Origin: Microcoleus sp.
GTDB taxonomy: Bacteria; Cyanobacteriota; Cyanobacteriia; Cyanobacteriales; Microcoleaceae
NCBI GenBank assembly: GCA_042408215.1
Contig: JAYFMW010000008.1
Span: forward strand, 160,001 to 224,000
Direction: 5' to 3'
DNA length: 64,000 bases
Shown here: piece after piece, positions 27,942-38,223 of the stretch
Position numbering within the stretch: the stretch's first letter is position 1
How the letters are laid out: each line of letters opens with the position of its first letter
Program-made: the position numbers and the translations under genes
The notes under the pieces: generated by a model
What the model was told of the DNA's origin: nothing
Database searches by the model: none
Seen by the model: only the letters and a program-made list of their open reading frames with translations

Positions 27942-30900
27942 TTATTGAAACCAGTGCTGGCTGTATTGTCGATCTATCTGTTTTGCAAAATTTTCAATTT
28001 GCAATCGAGTTGCACTCGGATTTGAACGTTGAAACTCTGCCCAATCATTTGTGATCTGTTGGTGAATGTTTTCGTCAGCGCGAGAGCCTTTAACTCCACG
28101 AATGTTTGAGGGAGCGTGATAATCAAAGTTTTGAAATTCTGGATGGTCTTTGTAGAACTGAGGTATGGCATGATGAGCATCCCAATCATCTGGGAGCCTG
28201 GGTTGACCTTTAGCAGCTCTGTCTGCATTATACCTGCCACGGTAATTATCAGGTGCTGGGACTCTTGAACTGACCACCTCGTCAACTTTCCCTTTAAGAA
28301 AAGCAAACGCTTTATCCACTTTCTGTGGAACTTCTCGCCTTAGTTGCCGAACATTGTCTGCTAGATCGGCAAAGAACCCTTCATTCGGCAATTTTCCAAT
28401 TACATACTCATGCTGAAGGATACCCAGCTTGGGTAGTAGGTTGTCAAATGAGCGAATCCCATCATTGAGTTTCCGTAATAACCCTTCGATAGTATCCAAA
28501 ATCTTGAGGTAGAAATTTTTAGACTTGGTAGCTAGTGAGTCCCAATCAGTTCGCTTCGCAAAATCAACAACAGCATCAACAATAGTAGGACCTAGCTTTC
28601 TCATTTCTGTCACGAAATCAGCATTGCGAGCTACTTTGGTGACACCTTTAATAGCCCCTCCTGCCACTGGAACCAGACCAACTAAGGAACCGACAACACC
28701 CACCCAGTTCCAAGCATCTTGCATCTCAGATGGGTTATCGATAAATTTCTTAGTGTAGGCAATCAAGTCACGAACATCACCAATTTCTCCAGCAATCGGA
28801 ATCATACCAATTGCAGAATCAAGCAGAACTTGCCAGATTGAGGGATCATTATTAAATTCTCCCATCAAAGCACCGATGACAAAGTTGCTAGCACTACCTA
28901 AGCCATTAACAAAATCATCAAGTAAACGTTTGTAGAGATTGCCTTGATCTTTGATCGCCTTCTCTACACCTGTTCGAGTGGCAGCAATCTTAGCATCGAC
29001 TCCATTAATTTGATTCCACAAGTGACCTGTCTTGTCTCCCAAAATGGCATTGACAATATCCGCCACCGTCTTCTGAGTGCGAGGTTCAATCCAATCAATA
29101 ATCCCCTTCAGACCACTTCCAATTCCGCTAATTGTCGATTGGAAACCATCCGCAACACCATCCACCGCAGGCTTGACAATGTTGTTGTAAACATTGAAAT
29201 TAAACTTAACACCATACTGATCGACATTGATGCCAAGATTTTTCGTCCAATCAGTAGCGCTCAGGACGTGACCTTTGAACTCTCCAATCAGATTATTAGC
29301 ACCTCGAACGGCTTGATCGACCTTAGTTCGGAAAGTTTGAGCCGCATTCGCAATAATCTGATTAATCTCTGCTCCAGTGCGGTAGGCATTCTTGATCGTA
29401 TCAAAGAATTGCTGGATTGCTGAATTCACTCCATTTTGAATCTCAATTAGCTTACCTCTGAGCCAACTACGAGCGCTATTAACCGCACTCGTGACAGCAT
29501 CTCGTCCTTGGCGAATTAACCATTTAGCGTCATTTTTCCGATCTTTTACCCAGCCAATTCCGTAATCAGGAACTTGATTTACTGTGTTTTCTAAGCTATT
29601 CGCAAACGAATTAGCTTTATTGATAATCCCATCAGCCAGATTATCAACTTGACCCTTAATCGGATTAGCAATGCCATCAACCCAAACATTGGCATTATGA
29701 CGAGCATCATCCAAAGCCTGATGAACCTTTTGCCGTTGCTCCGCATTCATCTGGTCGAGCAACTCTTGCATCTGTTGCTCATAGCTGCGCTTCTCGCGCT
29801 CAAGTTCGGCAATCTTGGCATTAGCCTTAGCCCGCTCTGGCACTGAAAAATTCGCCAATGCCGTATCATAAATGCGCTGAATACGCGAATCGCTGAACAG
29901 TGAGCCAGAAGCCCCACCGCCACCACCACTATTGCCATTACCACCAACTTTCCACCCTAAAGGTGGCCCTATTTCTGATTGAGAGAGCTTGTGTTTGAAC
30001 TTAACAATCAGCTCGTAATCCGTCGTCACACCTTTAGGACTATTGACTCGCAGCATATAAGTACCAGGAATCAAATCAGCAATAATTTGCTCATCCGTAA
30101 TTCCCTCCCGCATCGAATAGGCAATAGGTTCATTCCGCACATCGTAGAGAACCAAATCTGCATCAGCCAACAGCTTTTTCAGTTCAGCCGTAATCCGACC
30201 ACCGCGAGACAAAGTAAAGCGATAGTAATCATCCGGCACCAAATGTCCAACTGTTTCACCCGTTAAAGATGTCTCAAACGGATCGACAGGCCCAAACTCA
30301 GGCATAGGCTTGGCAAGATACCAATCCAATCCTCCCTTACCTTGCTGACGAGCAATCTCCGCTTGACGAGCCAACTCAGCCAACCGCGCTTCTTCCAGAC
30401 GGCGTTCTTCCTCTTGGCGACGGCGTTCCATTTGTTCACGCAAACGCCGTTGTTGGTCTTCAAGTTCCCGTTGCTGGGCTTCCGCTTCCCGTCGCCGTGC
30501 TTCCTCTTCTTGACGAACTCGCTCTTGATCCCGCGCAAAAGCCTCTTCCTGTTCCCGCCGAATACGAGCTTCTTCTTCCTGCCGCTGCCTTAATTCTGCT
30601 TCGCGCTGTAGCCGTTCTGCCTCTTGTTCTTGCTCATAGTTGGGATGCCAGACTGGAATCCAACCTTCATTGCCTTGGACAATCCAGTTAGGATCGGGAA
30701 AACCATTCTTATTGGAAATAAATCGCCAATAATCCGGGTCATTAGCTTTCGCAATAGCAGAACGATGGTCGTCCTTACTAGGATGTGTCATCCGTTGAAG
30801 AACGTAGTCGCTAATCGTATGACCTTGCCGCCAGTTTCCAATAACAATCTTTTCCCAATCGTAATACTCGCCATTCTTCGAGAACCGTTCCGCGTGCGCC

Positions 30901-33900
30901 CAGATTTCTGGCGACACCTTATCGGGGTCAACCGTCGGCATAATCGGAGCAATATACTCCGCACCCGGTTCCTCAAAAGAAGTTTCAGCCAGTTCTCGGA
31001 AGGCTTCAAGCTGCTCTGGCGTTAAATCATCAACCCTGAACCCTTGACCGCCAAACAACCCAAAATCTGGAGTTGCCCCCTTCAAATTCACCTCGTAACC
31101 CAAATCGGCCAAAGATGCAATAGTAACAGGGCTAATCGGCGCATTGCCAGCCTTGCCGCTGAAGTTCAAATCAGCCGTCATCACCTCATCTTGGAACAGC
31201 GCCTCATTCCAGTGGAAACCAGCCGAACCTTTACCCTCAGTTTCCAGAGAAATAGCATCAGTCAAACCGCCCAAATCTTTGAACGCATCAACCGCCTTTC
31301 CACCGTTATACTGAGCCAGTGGCGTACCCGCATAATTCACCAAACCCTTAGCTTCCCAAAGATTCCCAAAACCCAAAGCGTGTAAAAACTCGTGCTGCAC
31401 AACGCTAAACAACTTTCCAGAACGCTCCAACTCGGCAATATCCGCTGCATCAAACTGCACTAAAGATTGAGCGGGCAACATACTTCCGTAGCGCATGAAA
31501 TCAATTTTAGTTCGCGCTTGAGTGCCGCTGGCACCGTCAATATTGGCAGTGGAAATCTTGATATTGATATCGTCAATAATCTTGCCGTCAACCACTGCAC
31601 TCGGCAACCCTTTGCCAATTAATCCAGCCACACTTTTTGCAGCGGCTTGCATAATCGCTTGTTGCGAAGCACTCAGCGGCGTTTCATATTCCAGATCGAT
31701 ATTAAACGGCTCAGTCGCGGTACTCTCAAAACCAGAGAGAACGTAAGTTGCAGGATCGGCATTGCGTTGGTCAATTTTGACAATCACCTCTGCTGGTGCA
31801 TTGGCTGGCAACTGCAATTTATGACTGCCCTTGCTGAAGGATTGAGTCCCCAATAATTGTCCAGAAGTTGTCAGGTAGCTGACGGATAAGTCGCCTGAAA
31901 GGACGGAAAACTTAGCACCATTTAAGTAGCGACTGTCAACCCGATAAATATCCGACGGATCGACGCTGCTAACCTGATCGATGACATCTTCGGTAGCGGA
32001 AGGAATCAGTTGCGTTGCATTAGCAAGATTATTGCTGCCCCGATCGACATTTGTTTGAGGAATTCCAGGGACTTTCACCGTAGGATGAGTCGGATCTCCT
32101 GGTAACTGCTTGGCGATCGGATGTTGAGAAATGAAGACATCGGTAATACTTCGCTGTCCGGGTTTAAGCGTGTAAAGTTCCGGTATAGTTACCTTTGCCA
32201 ACTGCACCGCAGCCGCCACATTCAGCAAGCCAGACCCAGTTTGAGCGTCCCAATTAGGTCGATCGAGGTCTGTAGCAGTACGCTTGATAATGTCAATTGC
32301 CTGAGTGTAATTCAGCTTGGGATTTGCTGCTAAAATTTGGGCGATCGCATTCGTGACTTCAACAGCAGCAACCTCTGTGCTGGATGTATTGCCACTGCTA
32401 CCGTTAGCGAGAATATCGAGAGTATTGCCGCTACCGGAATAATCTGCCAATTTAAAGGCATTGGATAGTGCAACGGAATCGTTAAATCGTTGAGCCGCAC
32501 CGACAGTAACTACGTTGTCAACTTCCTTAGATAATAGACCGAGAGCCGACATTGTGCCTGAGTTATCTCCAGCGGGAACAACAACAATAACATTGTTCTG
32601 ATATGCGTAGGCGATCGCCGATCGTTCTGCTGCCGTTAATTCCTTGCGGGGAATCACAGTTCCATCAGGCTGAGTTTGAGTCAGGTTGATGTTAATATTA
32701 ACAACGGCATGGGGTTGCTTCGATACCTTAGCAGCATCCACAAATTTAATCAGAGATTCTACCCACTGACTCGAATTATCTTGAGTGCGATCGACTGGCT
32801 GCGACGGGTTATTTGTGCTATTTTCTGGTTTTTCCCCTGCAACAATCAGACTCTTTTCCTCAGCAGGATTATCGACAGTCAAGCCAGTATCGTTGATAAA
32901 ACCGACCAAAGGGCGATTTTCGACAGGAAACTCAAATTGTACTGCTTCGACTGGTTCGACTGGTTTAGGTTCGACTTTCACAACCATATCTTCCAGCCGC
33001 GAAATCAACGCCGCTGTATTATCCGAAATAGGATTCGAGCCAGTTTGCTCCCTCAACTTCTCAGTCATGGCTTCCAAACGAGCAATCGAAGTGCGATCGA
33101 TCGCATTTTCGGCAACAACATCAGCACCACCCAAATTACTCAAACGCTGTTTAATGCTATCCAATCGCGCAATCCAATCAGCATTGACATTATTATTGTT
33201 TTGTGCTAATTCCTGCTTAACCGATTCAGTCACCGCCGCAGTCGAATTATCCTCAGTTGGTTTTGCAACAGTTGGAGAAATTGGCAATAACTCTTTTGGT
33301 GCAGCATCATTAACACCAGCAGTCTCAGTCTGAGTAACTATCTCCTTGTTCCGCAAGTCTACAGCAGTATTCGTACCTACAACTGGCATAGTTTTCGCTG
33401 CTGTCGGCGGCACAATCGCTGGAGTTTCTTTACTCTCAACCGCCGCTGTTGGCTGACTTTCCTTCACCGACTCTACAGGATTTGCGGCTACAACAACTTG
33501 AGTAGTTTCAGTTTTCTCTACCTCAGTTACTAAAGCCGGCTTTGTTTCTACCTTTGTCAGACTTTCCGCTGGCAAAACTGATGGCTTTGTTTCTACCTTT
33601 GTCAGACTTTCCGCTGGCAAAACTGACGGCTTTGTTTCTACCTTAGCCTGACTTTCCGCTGGCAAAACTTCGGGTTTAGTCTCTACTTTTGTCAGACTTT
33701 CCGCTGGCAAAACTTCGGGTTTAGTCTCTACTTTTGTCAGACTTTCCGCTGGCAAAACTTCGGGTTTAGTCTCTACTTTTGTCAGACTTTCCGCTGGCAA
33801 AACTTCGGGTTTAGTCTCTACTTTTGTCAGACTTTCCGCTGGCAAAACTTCGGATTTAGTCTCTACTTTTGTCAGACTTTCCGCTGGCAAAACTGACGGC

Positions 33901-36737
33901 TTTGTTTCTACTTTCGCCTGAGTTTCCGCTGGCAAAACTTCGGGTTTTGTTTCTACCTTTGTCAGAGTTTCCGCTGGTAAAACTGACGGCTTTGTTTCTA
34001 CTTGTGTCAGAGTTTCCGCTGGCAAAACTTCGGGTTTTGTTTCTACTTTCTCAGTTGGTATCGTTGCAGCAACTTCCGTCTCAGTAGTAGATTGAGCTGG
34101 CAAAGTTGGCATCGCTGGTGCTTCGGTAACTTGGTCTTTTACCTCAGTTGTCGCTGCGGGAATAGGCGTTTTTTCAACTGGTAAATTTTCAGTCGAATCC
34201 GCCACAGTATCTTTGCCAGCAGTTGGTGTAGTTGTCGCACCTGTTGTCGGATTTGCATCTACCTTGTCGGTAGTTTCAACCTGAGTCGAATCACCCGAAT
34301 TATTCGCAATATCTTTGACTTTTTCCTCAGTCGTCACCGCTGGAGTAGTAGGCTTTGCATCTACCTTGTCGGTAGTTTCAACTTGAGTCGAATCACCCGA
34401 ATTATTCGCAATATCTTTGACTTCTTCCTCAGTCGTCACCGCTGGAGTAGTAGGCTTTGTATCTACTTTGTCGGTTGTTTCAACTTGAGTCGAATCACCC
34501 GAATTATTCGCAATATCTTTGACTTCTTCCTCAGTCGTCACCGCTGGAGTAGTAGGCTTTGCATCTACCTTGTCGGTAGTTTCAACTTGAGTCGAATCAC
34601 CCGAATTATTCGCAATATCTTTGACTTCTTCCTCAGTCGTCACCGCTGGAGTAGTAGGCTTTGCATCTACCTTATCCGTTGGTACAATCTTGGTTGCATC
34701 AGTAGTATTGGTGTCGGTATTTGCGACAGGCGCTGGAGTTTTTGGAGCCTCTTTATCTGAAGTTGATGGATTCAGAATTTCCGTTTCTAAATCATCAAGT
34801 AAATCCGATAATTCAGCATCTACATTTGGTTTTGGTTCCGGGGTAATGTAAGGTTTCGCATAAGCAATAAGTGCCTTGCCCAAATCAGTTTTCCGCCAAT
34901 CTTTATCCGGGTTAATCGAAGTATCCAACAAAGCAGTTGTTGCCGTCGCACCCCGCACTTGGAAAATGATATCATTATAATCCCTGTCAGTCCCCGAATC
35001 TAACCGCATATCCTCCATAACAAAGGTATTGCCTTCTCCCGTGAAATCCGCAATTTGACCAAAGTGAAATCCCTCCACAGGATTCGCCATAGCCATAGAA
35101 AATAAAGGACGTTGAGCACCCCCAATAGTCGGATTATCAAACACAGACTTTACACTACCATTGGGTATCAACATCACCCCATATTTACCCCCTGGAGTTA
35201 CCGCAAAACTCTTGACTCCTAAGTAGGCTCCTTCATTAGCATTACTCTCTCCTAACACACCAGAAAACCGCGCACCTTCTGTAACATCATCAATCACTAC
35301 ATGACCTTTCACAGAGTTACTTAAAGAACGTGCAGCTACTTCTTTAATGAATGCTTCCGAACCAGGTTCAAATTTCTCTAATCCGTCCAAACTGAAAAGA
35401 GCTAACTCACCTTGGAACATCCCACCATCAAATGTGTAGTCTACACGAATTTGACCACTTTGATCCGTAGTAAATATCCCCGATGTAAATGGAAAAATTA
35501 ACTTTTTGTCCGTAGTTTGTTCTAGTTCTTTTGTGGTTTCAGCAGTCGGTATTGAAGTATTTGCATTCTCTGTTTTGGTGTCTTCCCCGTTGCTGGTGGC
35601 GGTATTCGGTTTGTCCCCTGGCTTGGTGGCATCTGGGGAAGTAGCAACTGGTTTGTCGGTAGTTGCTGATGTTGTTGCAGCCGCAGATTCAGTCGCGGCT
35701 ACAGGTTTTTCCGGTTCCGATGTGAGAGTTGTTTCGGAGGTTGTAGCAACTGGTTTGTCGGTAGTTGCTGATGTTGTTGCAGCCGCAGATTCAGTCGTGG
35801 CTACAGGTTTTTCCGGTTCAGATGTGAGAGTTGTTTCGGAGGTTGTAGCAACTGGTTTGTCGGTAGTTGCTGATGTTGTTGCCGCCGCAGATTCAGTCGC
35901 TGCTACAGGTTTTTCCGGTTCAGATGTGAGAGTTGTTTCGGAGGTTGTAGCAACTGGTTTGTCGGTAGTTGCTGATGTTGTTTCCACCGCAGATTCAGTC
36001 GCAGCTACAGGTTTTTCCGGTTCAGATGTGAGAGTTTTTTCGGAGGTTGTAGCAACTGGTTTGTCGGTAGTTGCTGATGTTGTTGCAGCCGCAGATTCAG
36101 TCGCGGCTACAGGTTTTTCCGGTTCAGATGTGAGAGTTGTTTCGGAGGTTGTAGCAACGGGTTTGTCGGTAGTTGCTGATGTTGTTGCAGCCGCAGATTC
36201 AGTCGCGGCTACAGGTTTTTCCGGTTCAGATGTGAGAGTTGTTGCGGAGGTTGTAGCAACTGGTTTGTCGGTAGTTGTTGATGTTGTTTCTGTTGTTTCT
36301 GCGGTGACAGTCTTGTCATCAACAGGAGCTCCTGTAATTACATCTTTGTTGGTAGTGGGTTTTTCCGAAGTTGTGGTGCTGTTTGAGGAAAGTGGATCAT
36401 CTGATTTTGCGCCGGTGAGGGTGTCTGCGTCGGATGCTGGTTTAGTGCTAGCTGGTGCTAAATTCAGCGTGTATTTGATGTCGCCAGTTATCGGCAAAAC
36501 TTTGACTGGATAGTCTCCGGCTACTAAGCTGTCAGCGCTAATTGTTTCTGCACTGGTTCCCGCGTTGGTGGAAATGTAACCTGTTGCGCCGCTATTGTTT
36601 GACAATAATACGTCGGCATTCCCGCTTAAAACGTTGGGGGAAAATTCAAAAATTTTGGGAGTGTCGATATTTGTAGTGCCAACACTACCTGTGTAGGTTG
36701 TGCTGCCAGTCAATGCCCCGATGTTAAGTTCAGCCAT
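27942..36737 (-). CDS. Giant polymorphic toxin (2931 aa): Thr-rich repeats, DUF4114-type domain, degenerate subtilase-like region, zincin metalloprotease, PPC domains, coiled coil, pre-toxin TG-like region, HNH/AHH-like nuclease tip
   Basis: EDM...DRDYNDIIF; VVPAGDN and TGSGLLNVAAAV; HEFLHALG; DDYYRFTL..ADADLVLYD; IGMIPIAGEIGDVRDL; tip WDAHHAIPQ..SNI..IHQQIT; followed by a SUKH gene. Confidence 0.88.
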   Translation of the reverse strand: MAELNIGALTGSTTYTGSVGTTNIDTPKIFEFSPNVLSGNADVLLSNNSGATGYISTNAGTSAETISADSLVAGDYPVKVLPITGDIKYTLNLAPASTKPASDADTLTGAKSDDPLSSNSTTTSEKPTTNKDVITGAPVDDKTVTAETTETTSTTTDKPVATTSATTLTSEPEKPVAATESAAATTSATTDKPVATTSETTLTSEPEKPVAATESAAATTSATTDKPVATTSEKTLTSEPEKPVAATESAVETTSATTDKPVATTSETTLTSEPEKPVAATESAAATTSATTDKPVATTSETTLTSEPEKPVATTESAAATTSATTDKPVATTSETTLTSEPEKPVAATESAAATTSATTDKPVATSPDATKPGDKPNTATSNGEDTKTENANTSIPTAETTKELEQTTDKKLIFPFTSGIFTTDQSGQIRVDYTFDGGMFQGELALFSLDGLEKFEPGSEAFIKEVAARSLSNSVKGHVVIDDVTEGARFSGVLGESNANEGAYLGVKSFAVTPGGKYGVMLIPNGSVKSVFDNPTIGGAQRPLFSMAMANPVEGFHFGQIADFTGEGNTFVMEDMRLDSGTDRDYNDIIFQVRGATATTALLDTSINPDKDWRKTDLGKALIAYAKPYITPEPKPNVDAELSDLLDDLETEILNPSTSDKEAPKTPAPVANTDTNTTDATKIVPTDKVDAKPTTPAVTTEEEVKDIANNSGDSTQVETTDKVDAKPTTPAVTTEEEVKDIANNSGDSTQVETTDKVDTKPTTPAVTTEEEVKDIANNSGDSTQVETTDKVDAKPTTPAVTTEEKVKDIANNSGDSTQVETTDKVDANPTTGATTTPTAGKDTVADSTENLPVEKTPIPAATTEVKDQVTEAPAMPTLPAQSTTETEVAATIPTEKVETKPEVLPAETLTQVETKPSVLPAETLTKVETKPEVLPAETQAKVETKPSVLPAESLTKVETKSEVLPAESLTKVETKPEVLPAESLTKVETKPEVLPAESLTKVETKPEVLPAESLTKVETKPEVLPAESQAKVETKPSVLPAESLTKVETKPSVLPAESLTKVETKPALVTEVEKTETTQVVVAANPVESVKESQPTAAVESKETPAIVPPTAAKTMPVVGTNTAVDLRNKEIVTQTETAGVNDAAPKELLPISPTVAKPTEDNSTAAVTESVKQELAQNNNNVNADWIARLDSIKQRLSNLGGADVVAENAIDRTSIARLEAMTEKLREQTGSNPISDNTAALISRLEDMVVKVEPKPVEPVEAVQFEFPVENRPLVGFINDTGLTVDNPAEEKSLIVAGEKPENSTNNPSQPVDRTQDNSSQWVESLIKFVDAAKVSKQPHAVVNININLTQTQPDGTVIPRKELTAAERSAIAYAYQNNVIVVVPAGDNSGTMSALGLLSKEVDNVVTVGAAQRFNDSVALSNAFKLADYSGSGNTLDILANGSSGNTSSTEVAAVEVTNAIAQILAANPKLNYTQAIDIIKRTATDLDRPNWDAQTGSGLLNVAAAVQLAKVTIPELYTLKPGQRSITDVFISQHPIAKQLPGDPTHPTVKVPGIPQTNVDRGSNNLANATQLIPSATEDVIDQVSSVDPSDIYRVDSRYLNGAKFSVLSGDLSVSYLTTSGQLLGTQSFSKGSHKLQLPANAPAEVIVKIDQRNADPATYVLSGFESTATEPFNIDLEYETPLSASQQAIMQAAAKSVAGLIGKGLPSAVVDGKIIDDINIKISTANIDGASGTQARTKIDFMRYGSMLPAQSLVQFDAADIAELERSGKLFSVVQHEFLHALGFGNLWEAKGLVNYAGTPLAQYNGGKAVDAFKDLGGLTDAISLETEGKGSAGFHWNEALFQDEVMTADLNFSGKAGNAPISPVTIASLADLGYEVNLKGATPDFGLFGGQGFRVDDLTPEQLEAFRELAETSFEEPGAEYIAPIMPTVDPDKVSPEIWAHAERFSKNGEYYDWEKIVIGNWRQGHTISDYVLQRMTHPSKDDHRSAIAKANDPDYWRFISNKNGFPDPNWIVQGNEGWIPVWHPNYEQEQEAERLQREAELRQRQEEEARIRREQEEAFARDQERVRQEEEARRREAEAQQRELEDQQRRLREQMERRRQEEERRLEEARLAELARQAEIARQQGKGGLDWYLAKPMPEFGPVDPFETSLTGETVGHLVPDDYYRFTLSRGGRITAELKKLLADADLVLYDVRNEPIAYSMREGITDEQIIADLIPGTYMLRVNSPKGVTTDYELIVKFKHKLSQSEIGPPLGWKVGGNGNSGGGGGASGSLFSDSRIQRIYDTALANFSVPERAKANAKIAELEREKRSYEQQMQELLDQMNAEQRQKVHQALDDARHNANVWVDGIANPIKGQVDNLADGIINKANSFANSLENTVNQVPDYGIGWVKDRKNDAKWLIRQGRDAVTSAVNSARSWLRGKLIEIQNGVNSAIQQFFDTIKNAYRTGAEINQIIANAAQTFRTKVDQAVRGANNLIGEFKGHVLSATDWTKNLGINVDQYGVKFNFNVYNNIVKPAVDGVADGFQSTISGIGSGLKGIIDWIEPRTQKTVADIVNAILGDKTGHLWNQINGVDAKIAATRTGVEKAIKDQGNLYKRLLDDFVNGLGSASNFVIGALMGEFNNDPSIWQVLLDSAIGMIPIAGEIGDVRDLIAYTKKFIDNPSEMQDAWNWVGVVGSLVGLVPVAGGAIKGVTKVARNADFVTEMRKLGPTIVDAVVDFAKRTDWDSLATKSKNFYLKILDTIEGLLRKLNDGIRSFDNLLPKLGILQHEYVIGKLPNEGFFADLADNVRQLRREVPQKVDKAFAFLKGKVDEVVSSRVPAPDNYRGRYNADRAAKGQPRLPDDWDAHHAIPQFYKDHPEFQNFDYHAPSNIRGVKGSRADENIHQQITNDWAEFQRSNPSATRLQIENFAKQIDRQYSQHWFQ
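33540..34050 (-). repeat. 45-bp coding tandem repeat (KVETKPEVLPAESLT), about 11 copies
   Basis: Seen in DNA and protein. Confidence 0.9.
34255..34680 (-). repeat. 102-bp coding tandem repeat (TTDKVDAKPTTPAVTTEEEVKDIANNSGDSTQVE), 4 copies
   Basis: Seen in DNA and protein. Confidence 0.9.
35640..36280 (-). repeat. 102-bp coding tandem repeat (TTDKPVATTSETTLTSEPEKPVAATESAAATTSA), 6 copies
   Basis: Seen in DNA and protein. Confidence 0.9.
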
Positions 36738-37593
36738 TGGTACCCCTGAAAAATAGTTGCTGAAAAGTGTTCCTAAATGTATATCTGGGGGAACTTGAGG
36801 TTTTTATTCAAATTCCGGGATATTGTTACATAACTTTATATTTGGGCTGCCCGATCGCCCAAAATTTGCCATCTACCCGGCCTTGAATTTACCGGATTCA
36901 GTTGCTTCAAACTCTTGTGGGGTGGGCTTCTAGCCCGCCCAAAACTGCAATGCAAATACAGCCAAGCTGAGTTGCGCTATTTGTAGTATCAACACTACCT
37001 GTGTAGGTTGTGCGGCCAGTCAAGGCCCCGATGTTAAGTTCAGCCATTGGTACCCCTGAAATAGTTGCTGAAAAGTGTTCCTAAATGTATATCTGGGGGA
37101 ACTTGAGATTTTTATTCAAATTCCGCAAAATTGTTACATAACTTTATATTTGGGCTGCCCGATCGCCCAAAATTTGCCATCTACCCGGCCTTGAATCCAC
37201 CGGCTTCAGTTGCTTCAAACTCTTGTGGGGTGGGCTTCTAGCCCGCCCAAAAGTGCAATGCAAATACAGCCAAGCTGAGTTGCGCTATTTGTAGTGCCAA
37301 CACTACCTGTGTAGGTTGTGCGGCCAGTCAAGGCCCCGATGTTAAGTTCAGCCATTGATACCCCTGAAATAGTTGCTGAAAAGTGTTCCTAAATGTATAT
37401 CTGGGGGAACTTGAGGTTTTTATTCAAATTCCGCAAAATTGTTACATAACTTTATATTTGGGCTACCCGATCGCCCAAAATTTGCCATCTACCCGGCCTT
37501 GAATCCACCGGCTTCAGTTGCTTCAAACTCTTGTGGGGTGGGCTTCTAGCCCGCCCAAAAGTGCAATGCAAATACAGCAAATCTGAGTTGCGA
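36668..37593. repeat. Three tandem ~308-bp copies of the toxin upstream region plus its first ~23 codons
   Basis: Units start at 36668, 36978, 37286; each contains MAELNIGALTG.TTYTGSV on the minus strand. Confidence 0.92.
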
Positions 37594-37785
37594 TTGAGTG
37601 TTGAAGGGGCTAAAACTCTTGATGCTGAAGCAATTTTCGGACTAAACGATCGACACGGACAACGCTATACCGTAGACTTGGAAATTATGGGAGTACAAGG
37701 ACAGCAGGAGATTGTCCGTACAGGTTGGATCGTAGAACCAGGCAGTAATGGGGCGAGACTGGTAACACTATTCGTTCGGAGGTAA
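37594..37785 (+). pseudogene. 5'-truncated DUF6883-like toxin
   Basis: HGQRYTVDLEI.G..G....VRTGWIVE......RLVTLFV; N-terminal part replaced by the triplicated repeat. Confidence 0.65.
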
Positions 37786-37793
37786 GCACGATC

Positions 37794-38099
37794 GTGCCAG
37801 AATTATTTGATGTAGTTGAATTGTTAGTAACATTGCCTGAATCTAATTTACACCTAGGTGTTAGAGGGGCAATTGTTGATTGTTATTCAGATGGAACTTA
37901 CGAGGTAGAATTTAGCGATCGCTCTGGTGAAACTAGAGCTTTGTGTACTCTGTCATCCGAGCAACTTTTAGTTGTTTGGAAGGCTAAAGAAAGGCGTTGG
38001 TTGTCTGTATCGGAGCTATTAGCTGCGATGGTTGAACGTTTGTCTGATGAACGTCAGCAACAAATTTTAGAGTTTGCGCGTTCTGTGTCTCAGAAATAG
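37794..38099 (+). CDS. DUF4926 family protein
   Basis: ELFDVVELL..LPE.NL..G..GAIVD.Y....YEVEFSD..GET.AL. Confidence 0.85.
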   Translation: MPELFDVVELLVTLPESNLHLGVRGAIVDCYSDGTYEVEFSDRSGETRALCTLSSEQLLVVWKAKERRWLSVSELLAAMVERLSDERQQQILEFARSVSQK

Positions 38100-38223
38100 T
38101 CTGTTTTGGCGGGGTTTTGAGAGAATCAGACAAACTCTGCACTTGGATTTAAAAGCTATTAATCGACTGTTGTCCGCTTGTATGTCACAATAAACAAGCA
38201 ATTATTATATTTTGAGTTATCCT

